The notes under the pieces: model-generated | What the model saw: only the letters and a program-made list of their open reading frames with translations | Database searches by the model: none | Told to the model about the DNA's origin: nothing | DNA from: the human T2T-CHM13v2.0 reference genome, Homo sapiens | DNA length: 64,000 nt | Assembly: GCF_009914755.1 (NCBI RefSeq) | Contig: NC_060927.1 | Strand: one strand, 5' to 3' | Part shown: positions 37,405-50,300 of the stretch, piece after piece | How positions within the stretch are numbered: position 1 is the stretch's first letter | How the letters are laid out: every line of letters begins with the position of its first letter | Translations under genes and position numbers: made by a program

Positions 37405-37515
37405 AGTCTGAAAGTCCCATGTGTTGAGCTTTGCTTGGCCACTTAATAATCATGTGGTCCTGGGGAAGTAACTTAACCTTTTATGACCCGCAATTTCCTC
37501 ATTTGTAAAATAGGT
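37405..37515 (+). mobile_element. MIR fragment
   Basis: tgtggtcctggggaagtaacttaaccttttatgacccgcaatttcctcatttgtaaaatagg. Confidence 0.7.
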
Positions 37516-38954
37516 CTTGGCACCATTCATTTTTTTACGTAGAAGACATATGTGTGTTGTATAAATTTATTCTAAGGCATTATTCATATTTTAAAATTCT
37601 TAAAAAAATCAGTTATTGTTACATATCTTGTTCTCATGTCTAATCAGTTAGTGCATATCTTGTTTCTGAAAATGTTATACCTAAAGGGATTAAAAGGCTC
37701 AGTGGTTATAAAAAACAATATTATTTCTCCTAATTCTCATGAGGTTAGAAACTACAACCTTTGTTTTCTTAGAACTGACCATCAGGGAAATTGCTTTTGA
37801 CTCCAAACACCTACCATCTGGCATATCCTATCTTCTCATTATAATATGTGATGCCTAAATTTGTGAGACATCCTGGACTCTCCACATGTGTGTTTTTCAT
37901 TTCTTGACCCCAACGTAGAAGAAAGGATGGAAGTAAATGGAATAAACATAATTCTCACCGTTGCTTTCCTAGTTCTTCATTTCTCACCTACTCACTTTCT
38001 TCCCATGAGTACAATTCTATCCCCCAGTTAGGTTGTGCAGATGAGGTATCTTTTCAAGTAATGACACCTTTAAACCAAAACATTAACTGAGTCCTGGGTG
38101 TCCCCCTCCCCATAGCTTTGCTTGACTAAGAAAATTCTTCTAATCCGAAATTTTAAATGAAAACATGTAATGTTGATTAACATTGCCTGAAGCACAGAGT
38201 ACGATTAAAATGTTTTGAGATTTTAGAATATATAAATCACTCATGCAAAAAAAAAAGAGTTTTCTTTATACAATCTAGAAACAATTATATTAGCCCGTAT
38301 TAATAGGCTTCAAATGAAAAACATTGAAGCCAATACATTTCAACTGGGTGTTCATGCTACTTGCTGTGGGGTTTTTTAAAAATTTATTTCTAGTTAATAC
38401 CCCTTATCCCCATGCCATCTTTGTCTTTCTGTCTTAGCAGGTAACTTTAACCTAAATTTCCTGAAGAAATAGGAAGTTATTGTATGTGAATTATTTATTG
38501 CTTACCTCAAAATTTCTCCAAATCTTCATTTATCATTTCCTATTTCTGTTCTGATACTCATGTCTGTGACTAACAAACCTATCTGCTTATGTTTATGATT
38601 TTCATTTACTCCAGTCGAAACCTGTCAAATAGCTACTTTTTCAGTCTCATTCTTTATTAATTCTTCCTTACAATATAAGCATACCCAGTTCTCCTCCATC
38701 TTAAACACAGGAGAGTATAGATAAAAAGAAAAATTCTATAAGATTTCATGGAGAAAAGGAATTATGTTTAGCTTTGGATTTCAAAAAGGCTTCATAAAAG
38801 AAATGGCATTTAAAAATATCCTGAAACACTAATATTATAAAGCCTGTTTTAACATAAATACTACTTACTGTCACCATACGGTTTTTGTTTTTAAAGTTGC
38901 TCACTTCTAATACCTGAGGCTACAATAAGGCACATAATCTTCCTAACAGTTTCA

Positions 38955-39140
38955 ATTTATAACTCATATTTTTCATGACAACCCTGTCAGGTAAGTTGTA
39001 TTACTATTCTCATTCTGCCGATGTGGAAACTGAGTCAAAGAAAGATTAAACAACCTACCTGAAACTATATATTTAGTAGTAATTGTTAGAACCAGAGTTT
39101 GTACCTGGTTGGCTCCAGGTTCTGTGCCTGGCCACTATTC
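38955..39140 (-). mobile_element. MIR
   Basis: acaaccctgtcaggtaag...ctcattctgccgatgtggaaactgagtcaaagaaagattaaacaacctacctga. Confidence 0.75.
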
Positions 39141-39289
39141 TTATTGCTTCTCCACATAGTACTTGCATATATGATTAACCATGAAGCTGTTGGCTTTAGA
39201 AGTCTTGCAAATCCATTTTCAGAATTAGTTTGGGTTTTTGGGTTTTTTCGGGGTTTTATAGAGCATCAATAGGGAAATAGCATGAAATA

Positions 39290-40090
39290 GGAACAGAAAT
39301 GTAGATTGGAATGATAATGTAGAGGTCCTTAAATTCTAGACTGAAGAATTCTGACTTAATTTAATTGGCACACGATGAGGAATCGCTCAAAATTTTGAAC
39401 ATGAAGTGATATTGTTGGATCTACGTGTTAGCAACAGTGGACAGTTGGAGGCAGGAAGTGTGTGAAATGGATAATCATTTAGAAGCTATTGCAACCGTGT
39501 GGGTGAGAAACCAGGAAGCCTAAATCAGGAAGGTGACTGGAAAGGAGATACATTTGTGAGAATGGTTTAGGTAGCATTTACAGGATTGGCCAAGCTGGGA
39601 TAGTCATAGATCAAGGCAAGCAGGGAGAGAGGTGACTCCAAGATTTTAAATCATAACTTAGAAGATAAGGAGCTGCTATCTGAACACTGATCAAATCAGC
39701 CTGAATATTTATTAATAATTTGGGAAATATCTGCCTTGGTACATGTTGACTTTGATATATTAATGGAAATTTCAGATAACGTTTTGGAAACGTCATTCTG
39801 TAAGTAGGGAGAAAAATCAGAGACAGAAGTATAATTTTGGAAGTATCTAGCCAAAGGAAGTTGAAACCATTTGAGTAGATGGAATAATGAAAGAATGAAG
39901 TATGGAAGCTGAGGTGGAGAAAGCCTGAAAAATTAGTCTGTGGTAGGACCTCCATTAAATCAGCAAATAGCAGGAACAGAAAGAATGAGCTGGGTAAGAA
40001 GAGCTCCAAAAGATTGAGGGAGAACTAGAATAAGGAAGAATCATAAACAATAAAAGGAAAGGGAATTCTAAGAAGCAAGAGAGGGTCAAA
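39290..40090 (-). mobile_element. L2 fragments
   Basis: Purine-rich reverse-L2 blocks (agaagctattgcaacc, gtagcatttacaggattgg, tgactccaagatttt, ataattttggaagt). Confidence 0.6.
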
Positions 40091-41253
40091 ATTCATTTAC
40101 TTCAGAGCTAATTGAGAAAAAAAAGGTGTTTAATTCATCCAAAATCTCTAAAGAAAACCTTCTGTTGGCCATTATTACAGATAACCTTTAACAATGATAA
40201 ATGTACAGTAACTACTTACATATGAATGAGTCAGTGAAAATACTCGGACGGATTTTTCCCTTTCGGTGCATTCAGGGTCTGTGTGGAAGAATTAATGCTT
40301 TCAGAATATTTGTTTGTAAACACACCATCTCTAAAGAAAATTTTAGGGTTTCTATTGATTTTTTGATCAGGTGTTCACATATGTTTAAAATTATAATGGA
40401 AGTCAATAGATAAACGTGACTTGGTGTACAATATTTACCTATACATGGCATTCTAGAAGCATATATCATTAGAAAGATCACAACATAGTTTGTTCCATTT
40501 TATGAATTGATTCTTATTTATCTCTGCTGCCAAAAACTTGTGGATCTCACTAGAGCCACACATGCTTAAACTTAAAAAACAAAAATATTTTAGATTAGTG
40601 AAATCCAAAATTTACATTTTACATTTTTTAGGAATAAACTGCATTATATTAAAACTGTATCACTGGTTTGCTTGCTAGATCAGAATAAATTTTGATCCAG
40701 AAGTCTGTGACCTCTTGTTTGGATCAAGGGTTGTTTCTTATATAAAACTTACAAGTTCAATACTGAGACTGAACAAAGCCAGGAAACAAAAATATAAATT
40801 TGATATGGTCTGTTTGTAGAAAAGACAATAAAAATGTTGAGTACTTATTTACAAAGCATGTCTTCAAATTTTTCTTTAAAGAATCTGTAGGTAATCTGTA
40901 TTGTGGATTCATTAAGTTTTTGACTTAAAAAAATGGAAAAAACACAAAAGTAGGAAAAAGAGATTTCTAAAAGGTTATTGTTACCACTGGTTACTTGTAA
41001 ACCTACAGTTCACTTTGCACTAAAACTTTGGATATGTCTCATTGATTAGAATTTTATAATATAAAAATGCAGCCAAAATATTTTGAGTTTTGCATTTTAA
41101 CAAAATTTCAAGTCCAAAACCTCTGAAGATGTTTTTTCTCATTGAACTAGGCAAGTCGGAAACATACTCTTAATCCTGTCAATGGTTCTGAGAGCCTCTC
41201 TGCTTTAAATATATGATAATACTTTGTTTCATGTCATCTTATTATTGGTAGTA

Positions 41254-41585
41254 CAGTCATCCCTCAGCATCTGTGAGAGATTGCTTCCAGGACCTCCAGG
41301 GGATATCAACATCCATGGAGGCTCAAGTCTCTTCTTTAAAAAAAGACTTTAAAAGTACTGTTTGCATACAATCTTGTGCATCCTCCTTCATACTTTAAAT
41401 TATTTCTAAATCACTTATAATATCTAATGTAATATAAATGCTATGTAACTGGTTGTTATACTATATTTTTTTATTTGTATTACCTTTAATTGTTGTATGG
41501 CTATTCTTAAATTTTTTGCCAAATATTTTTATCTGAGCTTGATTGAATCCACAGATGGGGGCCATTGGATATGGAGAGCCAACTG
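41254..41585 (+). mobile_element. MER2 (TcMar-Tigger)
   Basis: TA|cagtcatccctcagcatctgtg...ttccaggacctcc...gctcaagtc...atactttaaat...gaatccacagatg...ggatatggagagccaactg; terminal inverted repeats recognisable. Confidence 0.88.
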
Positions 41586-41849
41586 TGGTTTACAGTCTAG
41601 TTTTCTATTTTTCTAGTTAAATATATAAGTAGAAAATTAAATTTTTAATCAATAGGCAAAAGAGAGCAAGGCCATATACTTTACAAAGACCATGAATGAT
41701 TTGTGAAGTAGATCTCTTTCCCCCTTCATGTTTTCCAATAAGTCAACACAAATCTCTCTTCCATTTATAATTATGTACGTATATGTGCTAAATAAATATT
41801 ATGCTTCCCATTCATACTTCTGCAACTCCTTCATTATTTTCTATTTCCT

Positions 41850-42000
41850 TCATTCAGCTAATATTTTTCTGAATATTTATGTGTCTAGAAGTGTTTAGGT
41901 TCAAAGAGAGAGCAGTAGACAATAAAGACAAAGCCCTGTCTCTACTGAACTTCCTGGGGAAAGAGCTCGATTGAAGGCAAATCTATAAACAACATAAAAT
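41850..42000 (-). mobile_element. L2 3' end
   Basis: cattcagctaatatttttctgaatatttatgtgtctag...aagacaaagccctgtctc. Confidence 0.6.
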
Positions 42001-44256
42001 TTAAGATTAAGTAGACAGTAAAGACAACATCACAGAAGATAAGGGGTAGAACATGCTGTTGAGGTATGGGCGCGCTACAAGGTAGGATAGATGAAGACAA
42101 TGGAGAAGAGCAATGTGTTGCATACTATTTCCATGCCATATAATCCAGATTTATCTTACCCCTCCATTGATCGTTTTGCCCTGTAGATCTGAAGTTTCCA
42201 ATGCACAAAGATACAGTGGCAGAATACCTCAAATCTCTCTCAAATCTCTGCCATTTAGAACTTTTTGTTGATGCCTAGATGGTTGGCTTTGTTTCTTAAA
42301 GGGAAAAAGTACTCTTTCAGTGTGTTTGCTCTCAACTCATGCTCAACAGCAATGATCTCAAATCTCCAACACTTGCTCATCAAAAAATATATGCTCGCGA
42401 ATAGATTTCAGTGCTTCAGATTAATGAAAAAATACCCATCCTTACTAAACAGGTGAGAATGCAAGCTCAAGAGAGCCAGCAAAGAGAACATTTTAAAAAA
42501 TGTTAGGCACTAATAACACTTTGAATAAGTGTCATTTTTTGAAATAAATTTTATACCCCCCACAGTGTGTATATAATTATATATTGCCATGTACATATTT
42601 TAAAAAATAATTTACATAGGACATATTTGACTCAGATTGCACTTAAATATTCTCTTAAATATACTCCTGAAGACATTCTTATTTTTAGTGCTTTACAGAA
42701 ATATTTTGAAAATAGGAAGGCTACTATTAGTAAGAGCAAATTGAATTTGAGTTTGATTTGTTAAGAAATACTTACGCTGTTCTCTCTAGTCTTAGTGTGG
42801 TTTCAGCATTAGTCTTACTCGAGGCAGTTGAATACTGATATGATTGCAGATAACTTGGCAATCTGCTAATGGTTCCAGGAGGTTCATTTTGATGTATTTA
42901 GTGAATCTTAGGTAGGTAGGTATGTACTAACATATCATAGTATGTGGTACTTACTATATATATTCCTCTTATTTACAGCTAGCTACAAAATATTGCTTAG
43001 AAACACTGAAAATGAAAGGCTATTTTTTTTTAAAAATCTGTCTTTTCCTAATAAAAATTCAAGAGCTTTAATATTTAGTAACTGCCTTTAGGTTTAGTTT
43101 GTCAGTGCCCTTCACGCGCTTAATAATAGGCTTCAAAACTCCTGGTCACTTGCTAATAACTCTTCACTTCTCGGGAGATTGAATTGCTATAGGCCAGTTT
43201 TCCTAATAAGCCTGCAAAAAAAAAAAAGTTAAATTGAAGACTCATGTACGTATTTCCTTTTCAGCTATTTTTTATACATTGCCATGCAAATATATTTCAT
43301 TTTTTCATATAGCTCATGAATGTGCATGAATACATACATATGCACTTAACAAGAATTTTGTTTTGAAAAAAAATACTGTGGTATATGAGAAAAATTGTAA
43401 TATTTTAAATGAAGATATTAGTACCAGAGAAATAGCTAATCAAATGTAAGAGGCAAGAAAAAAAAGGCCACACATTAAACTTGTGCATCATCAAGATTTA
43501 AAAAATTAATAACATTAAAAACAGTTGGTTAACATTCTTTTCTTTTGCTATCTATGTCCCGTTTCTTTTAAACCTTGAATGTAACATATAACATTTAATC
43601 TCCTATAAAATTGTAATTATTTTCCACCAAAACACAAATGAGTAAACATAAACAAAACAGAAACAAAGATTGGCCTTTATGGAGGAATTACATGTGACTA
43701 CAAGAAGAGATTTTAAACAACTGCTAGGGTGCGGTTAAACTGTCTCTTACAAGTTGCGGTTCTGGATGTACTCTGTTAAGGAGATAGTTTCATGAACAGG
43801 AGCCCGTTTGTAATTAGATAAGGAAAACTGACAGCAGCAGTTGAGTTAGTGGCTCCCATGGAATGACAGGTATTGACTGAACCCTGGGCTGTGTTTGAGA
43901 TGGGGAGGGAGTCGATAAAAGCATCAGGGCTTGTTTGGAGTAACACTGCCAGCAATGCTTTAATTTGCCGCCTGGAAAAGAGCCACAGACATTCTTCCCC
44001 CATGTTTAGTGTTGATGAGATCTAACACTTACATTTAATCTTCTGTTTACCACTAAAAACACTTGTAAGTGGTATATGGCACCACAAAGAGGAAATAGAA
44101 CAGGGAAGCACATTTTGTATAAATTCTATGTTGCAGCCCAAGTCTAGAAAAAAACACCTCATTTGAATCATTGAATCAAGTGTGGAAGGAAAAGTTTAAC
44201 AACAACAAAAAATCAGTTTAGAACAAATGTTTTAACTGATTTTGAAGAAGAGATAG

Positions 44257-44596
<340 letters not shown>

Positions 44597-46174
44597 TAAA
44601 GATTCAATTTTGTACTCTGTTTAAAAGCAAATGTATTCTTATTAAATACTTCCCAGATATTTTTGAAATGTCTTACATAAAAACATATGTATATATAAAT
44701 TCTATGATAAAATATTAATGTATAGTTTTATATGTGGTATACACTTTGACCCATAATATCTACCCATAAAAATCCACAAAAGCACCCAGATTTTAATACT
44801 GACCATTAGAGAACTCAAGCAAAATGATTTTTGAAAAAGAGTTACTTCTGGACCAGATCCAACCTAGCTGCATTTAACTTGCTGCCAAACTCAACAGACA
44901 CCATTATAAAATTTGCACCTACTTATTATTACAAATTCAAGTAATCCCCTAACTGTGACCTTCAGTGCCTAATTAAATAAGGGCAGCATTTAAAAATACT
45001 AGATGACTTCAATCTTACTTAGTTGCCAGTGCTTAATGCTTCCCACCTGTTGTAACACAGAAAATGCCCAAGGTAGACTGCAATGCCTTTGGTTTTGCCA
45101 GGAAATTTCAAAAGCTTAGGGTTTTGTAGTGAATCCACACTAAACTCCTGTTAGGCTCAATTAGATGATGTACTGAGATTATCTGACTTGTTGTGGAGAT
45201 AATTACTGTACCAGGGATGAGAGGCCACCCATGCTTCCAGGGGAAGCTCATTGAGGAGGCTCTTTCCCTATTTCCATATATATTCCAAAGCTGTGTGTGT
45301 CTGTGGAAAATGAATTCACCAGTGACTGAGAATACGGCTCTGAATTTATTAAAATAGGACTTGCTGTGCTGAAAGAATTTTATTTCGGTATATAATTTTA
45401 AGCATGGAAAATTAAAGAAAATCAAGAGATAAGTATAATAGCTAGTACTGTCTCACACACGCCTAGGATCCCTTAGATGTGTAAAATGTATCCCCCCTTC
45501 TAAAGTTTCTGCAGAAATTAAAGAGCAGAGGAATTAGGATTTAACCAAATAAAATGTTTCGCTTGAAAATGCATTAATGAATACTGTAACTAAAAGAAAA
45601 TGATGCTCAATATTCTTGCTTTTAGTGTTTTTCAGAATGTATCAATAATGTTGGATCGCATTATTTTAGTATATGTAAATTTTCAAATATTTAATTATAG
45701 TGAAAATATTTTAAAATGCGAAGTCTCATATCAATTACGTAACATATTTTTGCACCAAGTCCAATAAACTTGATTCAGTCAGCCATTACATAAGTAGGGA
45801 CAACTGTTAACATCTCTCTTACTGGTACAATGATTGATTGTAGTTAGGATAACCCTGAGTACTTCACGTTTCACAAAATCAGTATGATTTTAGCTATATC
45901 TATCCTACTGTTATGAAAGTTTTTAGTCACCTTCTGATATTTTGTAGATGGTTATTTCTTTGTATACAGTTGTTTCATGCATAGAGCTTCATTTTATTTC
46001 TTTGCAAAGAAATATTTAATTTATATTTGTCAGCTTTTGTAACCATGATTAACAAGACTAATTGAGATTAAAGTACTGCCTATCAAAAAATTTCCAACAG
46101 TTGGGACTGAATATTTGGGCAATTCATATGAATTTATATTTATGGTGGTGGAAAAAGCCAAATAATTCAGAATT

Positions 46175-46400
46175 TACTTGTTCATTCAACAACTAATGTT
46201 TGAGAACCATACTTGGGGTTAAGCTGGGACAACAAAAGTATACACAAGTTCCTTTCTTAAAGGATCGCTTGTCTAGGAGGAGAGAAAGACATGTAAATAA
46301 ATGATTGTAGAGTACAGTGTGATCAGCACAGTAATAGAGGCATGTGCAAGCTTGAACAGTTATTCTGAAGGAGGGAGCAATTAATTCTGTCTGAGATGGG
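46175..46400 (-). mobile_element. L2 3' end
   Basis: ttcattcaacaactaatgtttgag...gtctaggaggagagaaagacatgtaaataaatgatt...cagtgtgat. Confidence 0.7.
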
Positions 46401-47213
46401 ACAGGGGAAGGATTGAATTCGAGCCCGTTCTTTTGAATAATACATGAAAGAGCACTAGTCCATCCTCCTAAATTGAGTAGTTTAGCCAAAGAGAGCTGCC
46501 AACCTATCGATCAACTGATGAGAAGACAGAACTTAGACCTAGCAGGCCTAAATGAATAGTGAGCTGACACAAGCAGGTATCAGTGCCATTTGTAGCTTTA
46601 TCCCTGAAACTGCAATGAGTTGGTGCTCTCAACAATCTCTCCATAGAGACTCTGTGTTCCCACAGCTGAAGAAACTTTATACAAAGGTGTTAAGTAAAGA
46701 CTGTGGAGAGATGCAGGTAACTAGGTGGATAAATGGTATTATATGAGACCTCCTGAATGCAAAAACTTTTCATAAAATACAAGTCACCAAATCTCTTTGA
46801 ATGAAAATTTTATTTAAGCATTTCTGTATGTTTGGTAAGGTATTCTCCCTATCTTAGGGAATAGAAGGAATAAACAAAATGAAACAAACAAACAAAAAAC
46901 CTTTACTTGATTTTGTTCTCTGCCTCAGGTCATTATAATCTACCCGGTCAGGCTCCAGACTGTCTCTGTAATTTCATACTCTGTAATTCACTGATGCTGG
47001 CTCCTGTTTTATCACTAAGCCATTAAGCTTTCTCAAAAATAAAACAAAAAACAAAAAATTGTATTTGTTCTAGCCTCCAAAGCTGAAACGTTCTTTCCTT
47101 TATCTTCTCCCCCATAAGCTTTAAAAATTTCAGGAAATCTAGAATTCCACATTCTCCAATGTTGCTGTAGGGATTACCTTCTCAACTGGACATATGCCTG
47201 GGTGGTCTATAAT

Positions 47214-47595
47214 ACTTATGGGCTGAGTTATTTCCTCACAAACTTCGAATGTTAAAATTCTAAACCCTAGTGTCTCAGAATGTAACTGGATTTGGAGACA
47301 GGGTCTTTAGAGAAGTAATTAAGTTAAAATGAGGTCATCAGGGTGGGCCCTAGACTAATGCAACGGGTGCCCTCATAAGCAGAAGAAATTAGAACACAAA
47401 CACACACAGTGGAAAGACCATGTAAGGTCATAGGAATAAGATGGCCATCAAGGGCAGAGGCCTTAGAAAGAACCAACCCTGCTGACCCCTTGATCTTGAA
47501 CTTCTAGGATCCAGAATTGTGAAACAATATATTTCTTTTGTGTCGGCCACCCAGAATGTGGTATTGTGTTATGGCATCCCCAGCCAACTACTACA
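47214..47595 (+). mobile_element. MLT1B-like solo LTR
   Basis: ttatgggctga...tcagaatgtaactggatttggagacagggtcttt...aattaagttaaaatgaggtcat...aaccaaccctgctgac...ttgatcttgaacttc... ending aactactaca. Confidence 0.88.
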
Positions 47596-48189
47596 ATAGA
47601 GATGACAGGTATTGTTTGTGTATTTCATCAGTTCATTAGCATTGATGTTTTGTTCCAACTGGAGTTTCTTAATCACCTCTTGTGAACATCATACAGATTA
47701 CTGTTCCCAGAGTAAGCACCAATACATTGCTGTTGAATTGATTAACTTTCTTTTCATGTTTTCAAATGATATGCCACAATTCACAAGTTGATTTGCACTG
47801 TGCTGCTTATCACATTAGCACACAGCGTCAATTTTTCTGCTGTCTTTAACCACCATATATTTCACATTAGGTTGCATATGAGCTTAGTATCTTTTCCCTT
47901 CTGATCCTGGACATCATTAGATACCATGAAACAACTGAACCTCCAGGATAAAAATATTTATAGCTCTGCTCATTGAATGAAGAGGAGCATGTTTATAAGA
48001 TGGTTTTAATGAATGAAGGCTCTGGAGGTTTTCTTACTGCTGGACAACATAACCTGAATCTCCAGAGCTGGTTTTCACTAATTACAAAGTGTATGCGTTT
48101 TCTCCTTATAAATCTTGCATCAGCTTTATTTTTAAATTCTGAGATTTGTGAAATACTGGGTCTTTTAAATCAAAAATGCAAAACTAGAA

Positions 48190-48545
48190 ATACAGTCATT
48201 CATTTACCAAAAAATTTTGAAGCAGCTATGCGTGAAGCACTGTGGGAGATAGAAAGATGAATTAGAAGTGGACTTTGCCATTAATAACTTTACATTATGA
48301 TAAAGGGAATATTATATGCAAAAAAGGAATTATGAGTGAGTGGAAAAATATATGATCCAGAAGTGATGCAGACAGAATGTGAAGAGGTCAAAGGATCACT
48401 TCTGTTTATGGGAACCAAATAATGACTTCTGGAAAGTTGGTGATTGATTTTAGCATGCCTAAAACAGAGGATGGGGTTTGGGTTTGCACATCAGGGAGAT
48501 AGAAGAGAGAAAATTTCAGGATGGTGGGACAATGTGAGCAAAAGG
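48190..48545 (-). mobile_element. L2 3' fragment
   Basis: cattcatttaccaaaaattttgaagcagctatgcgtgaagcactgtg...agatgaattaga. Confidence 0.6.
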
Positions 48546-48929
48546 TAAGAAAATATATGTATTTTCAATCCTTATCTGGATTTAAAGAAAACATTGAAAT
48601 AAGTTTGCTTAACATTAGTTAATCCTTCAGTGTTAGCTTTAAGAAATTATAGGAAGTAAAAATACATCTACTGTTTCTGAGTATGGGTTTCACATGAAAA
48701 TGTGCTGCGTCTTTTATGTATACAATGAATTATGAAGAAAAGCTTTGGATAATATTTCAGGACCTATAATTGGACAAGTAAGACTGAGATGATATAATGC
48801 TTATTTTTGCATCCTCAGATTCTAGCATCATAGATGGCATGTAGTAGCTTACAGAACTTCTTGATGAATTCGTTGTAATTTCAGCTTGAAATAGCTAAGT
48901 AGCCATAGAAATAGAGTATAATGCATGGA

Positions 48930-50300
48930 GCAGATATTTGAAAACAGATTTGGCAAAATTTGACAAGTCTCTGGGTTCAGCGCTGCCATAAACAGAATTG
49001 TCAAATATGATTTTAAGGCTTGAAGCTGGGATGAGAGGTAGAATGATAGTTCCATCAAAAATGAGGACAGGAGTCAGTTTATTGAAAGATAATGACTTCA
49101 TTTGGTGATCTGCTGTTGGAAATATAGGATAGTGGATAGGCATCTTAGATTCAGATATAGATAAAGTGGAGAATTATCTCTTTGGAATGGTTGTTACAGA
49201 CAGATTACTGAAGGGGAAAGTATAGAGAGTCAAAGGTGATGCTGAAGAGCAGGTTTTTAGTGAATGAGTATTTTTGAAGGAGAGAAGAAACGGAAGCATA
49301 GAAGGAAAGAAGGCAGTAGTCAGACAAATAGAAGGTACATCAAAACGTCAGTAACAAAACCACAATGTAATACCACGTTAGTCCTGCAAGAATGGCCATA
49401 ATCAAAAAATCAAAAAGTAATAGATGTTGGTGTGGATGCAGTGAACAGGGAACATTGCTGGTGGGAATGTAAACTAGTACACCCATTATGGAAAACAGTG
49501 TGGAGAGTCCTTAAAGAACTAAAAGTAGAACCACCATTTGATCCGGTGATCTCACTACTGGGTGTCTACCCAGAGGAAAAGAAGTGATTATATGAAAAAG
49601 ATAACTGCATGCACATGTGTATAGCAGCACACTTCACAATTACAGAAAGGTGCAACCTACCCAAATGCCCATCAATCAACGAGTGAATAAATAAACTGTG
49701 ATACACACATATATATATATGTATATATATGATGGAATACTAGTCAGCCATAAAAAGGAATGAATTAATAGCATTTGCAGCAACCTGGATGAGATTGGAG
49801 ATTATTGTTCTAAGTGAAGTAGCTCAGGAGCGGAAAACCAGACATCGTATGTTCTCACTCACAAGTGGTTGCTAAGCTATGAGGATGCAAAGGCATAAGA
49901 ATGACACAATGGACTTTGGGAATTTAGGGGGAAAGGATGGAAAGGGGATGAAGGATAAAAGACTACAAATTGGGTGCAGTGTGTACTGCTCGGGTGATGG
50001 GTGCACCCAAATCTCACCATCACCGTGAAATAACTTGCTCATGTAACCGAACACCATCTCTTCCCAAATAACCTATGGAAATAAGTTTTTTTTTTTAAGT
50101 CAGTGTCATAGGAATAGGAGGTTAGAAGTAGACAAAAATGTTTAATGTCATGGGGAGATTAAAATGAAGTTAGTGGGGAAAGACCTTTGGTTTTGAAGAC
50201 CAGAAGCTTTACTGGTGATCTTGTAAAGAGCAAATTCTATAGATTAATAACTTTAGATTCTAACTGGTAACAGAGTTAAGAAATAAATGAGAGATTATTA
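48930..50300 (-). mobile_element. L2 relic split by the L1PB insertion
   Basis: Reverse-L2 blocks on both sides of 49354-50084 (ttttaaggcttgaagctgggat...; gacctttggttttg...tactggtgatctt). Confidence 0.5.
49354..50084 (+). mobile_element. 5'-truncated L1PB1-like element
   Basis: ORF2 3' end plus the diagnostic 3' UTR gctaagctatgaggatgcaaaggcataagaatgacacaatggactttgg...gggtgcagtgtgtactgctcgggtgatgggtgcacc. Short TSD gtcagt on both flanks. Confidence 0.92.

Noticed and set aside
37390-37416. 10-bp perfect hairpin gactttcaga/tctgaaagtc
   Set aside because: Too short for a pre-miRNA, lies at a MIR edge, and there is no other evidence of function.
38985-38996. Perfect donor CAG|GTAAGT
   Set aside because: Lies in a MIR segment whose consensus already resembles a donor, with no convincing acceptor.
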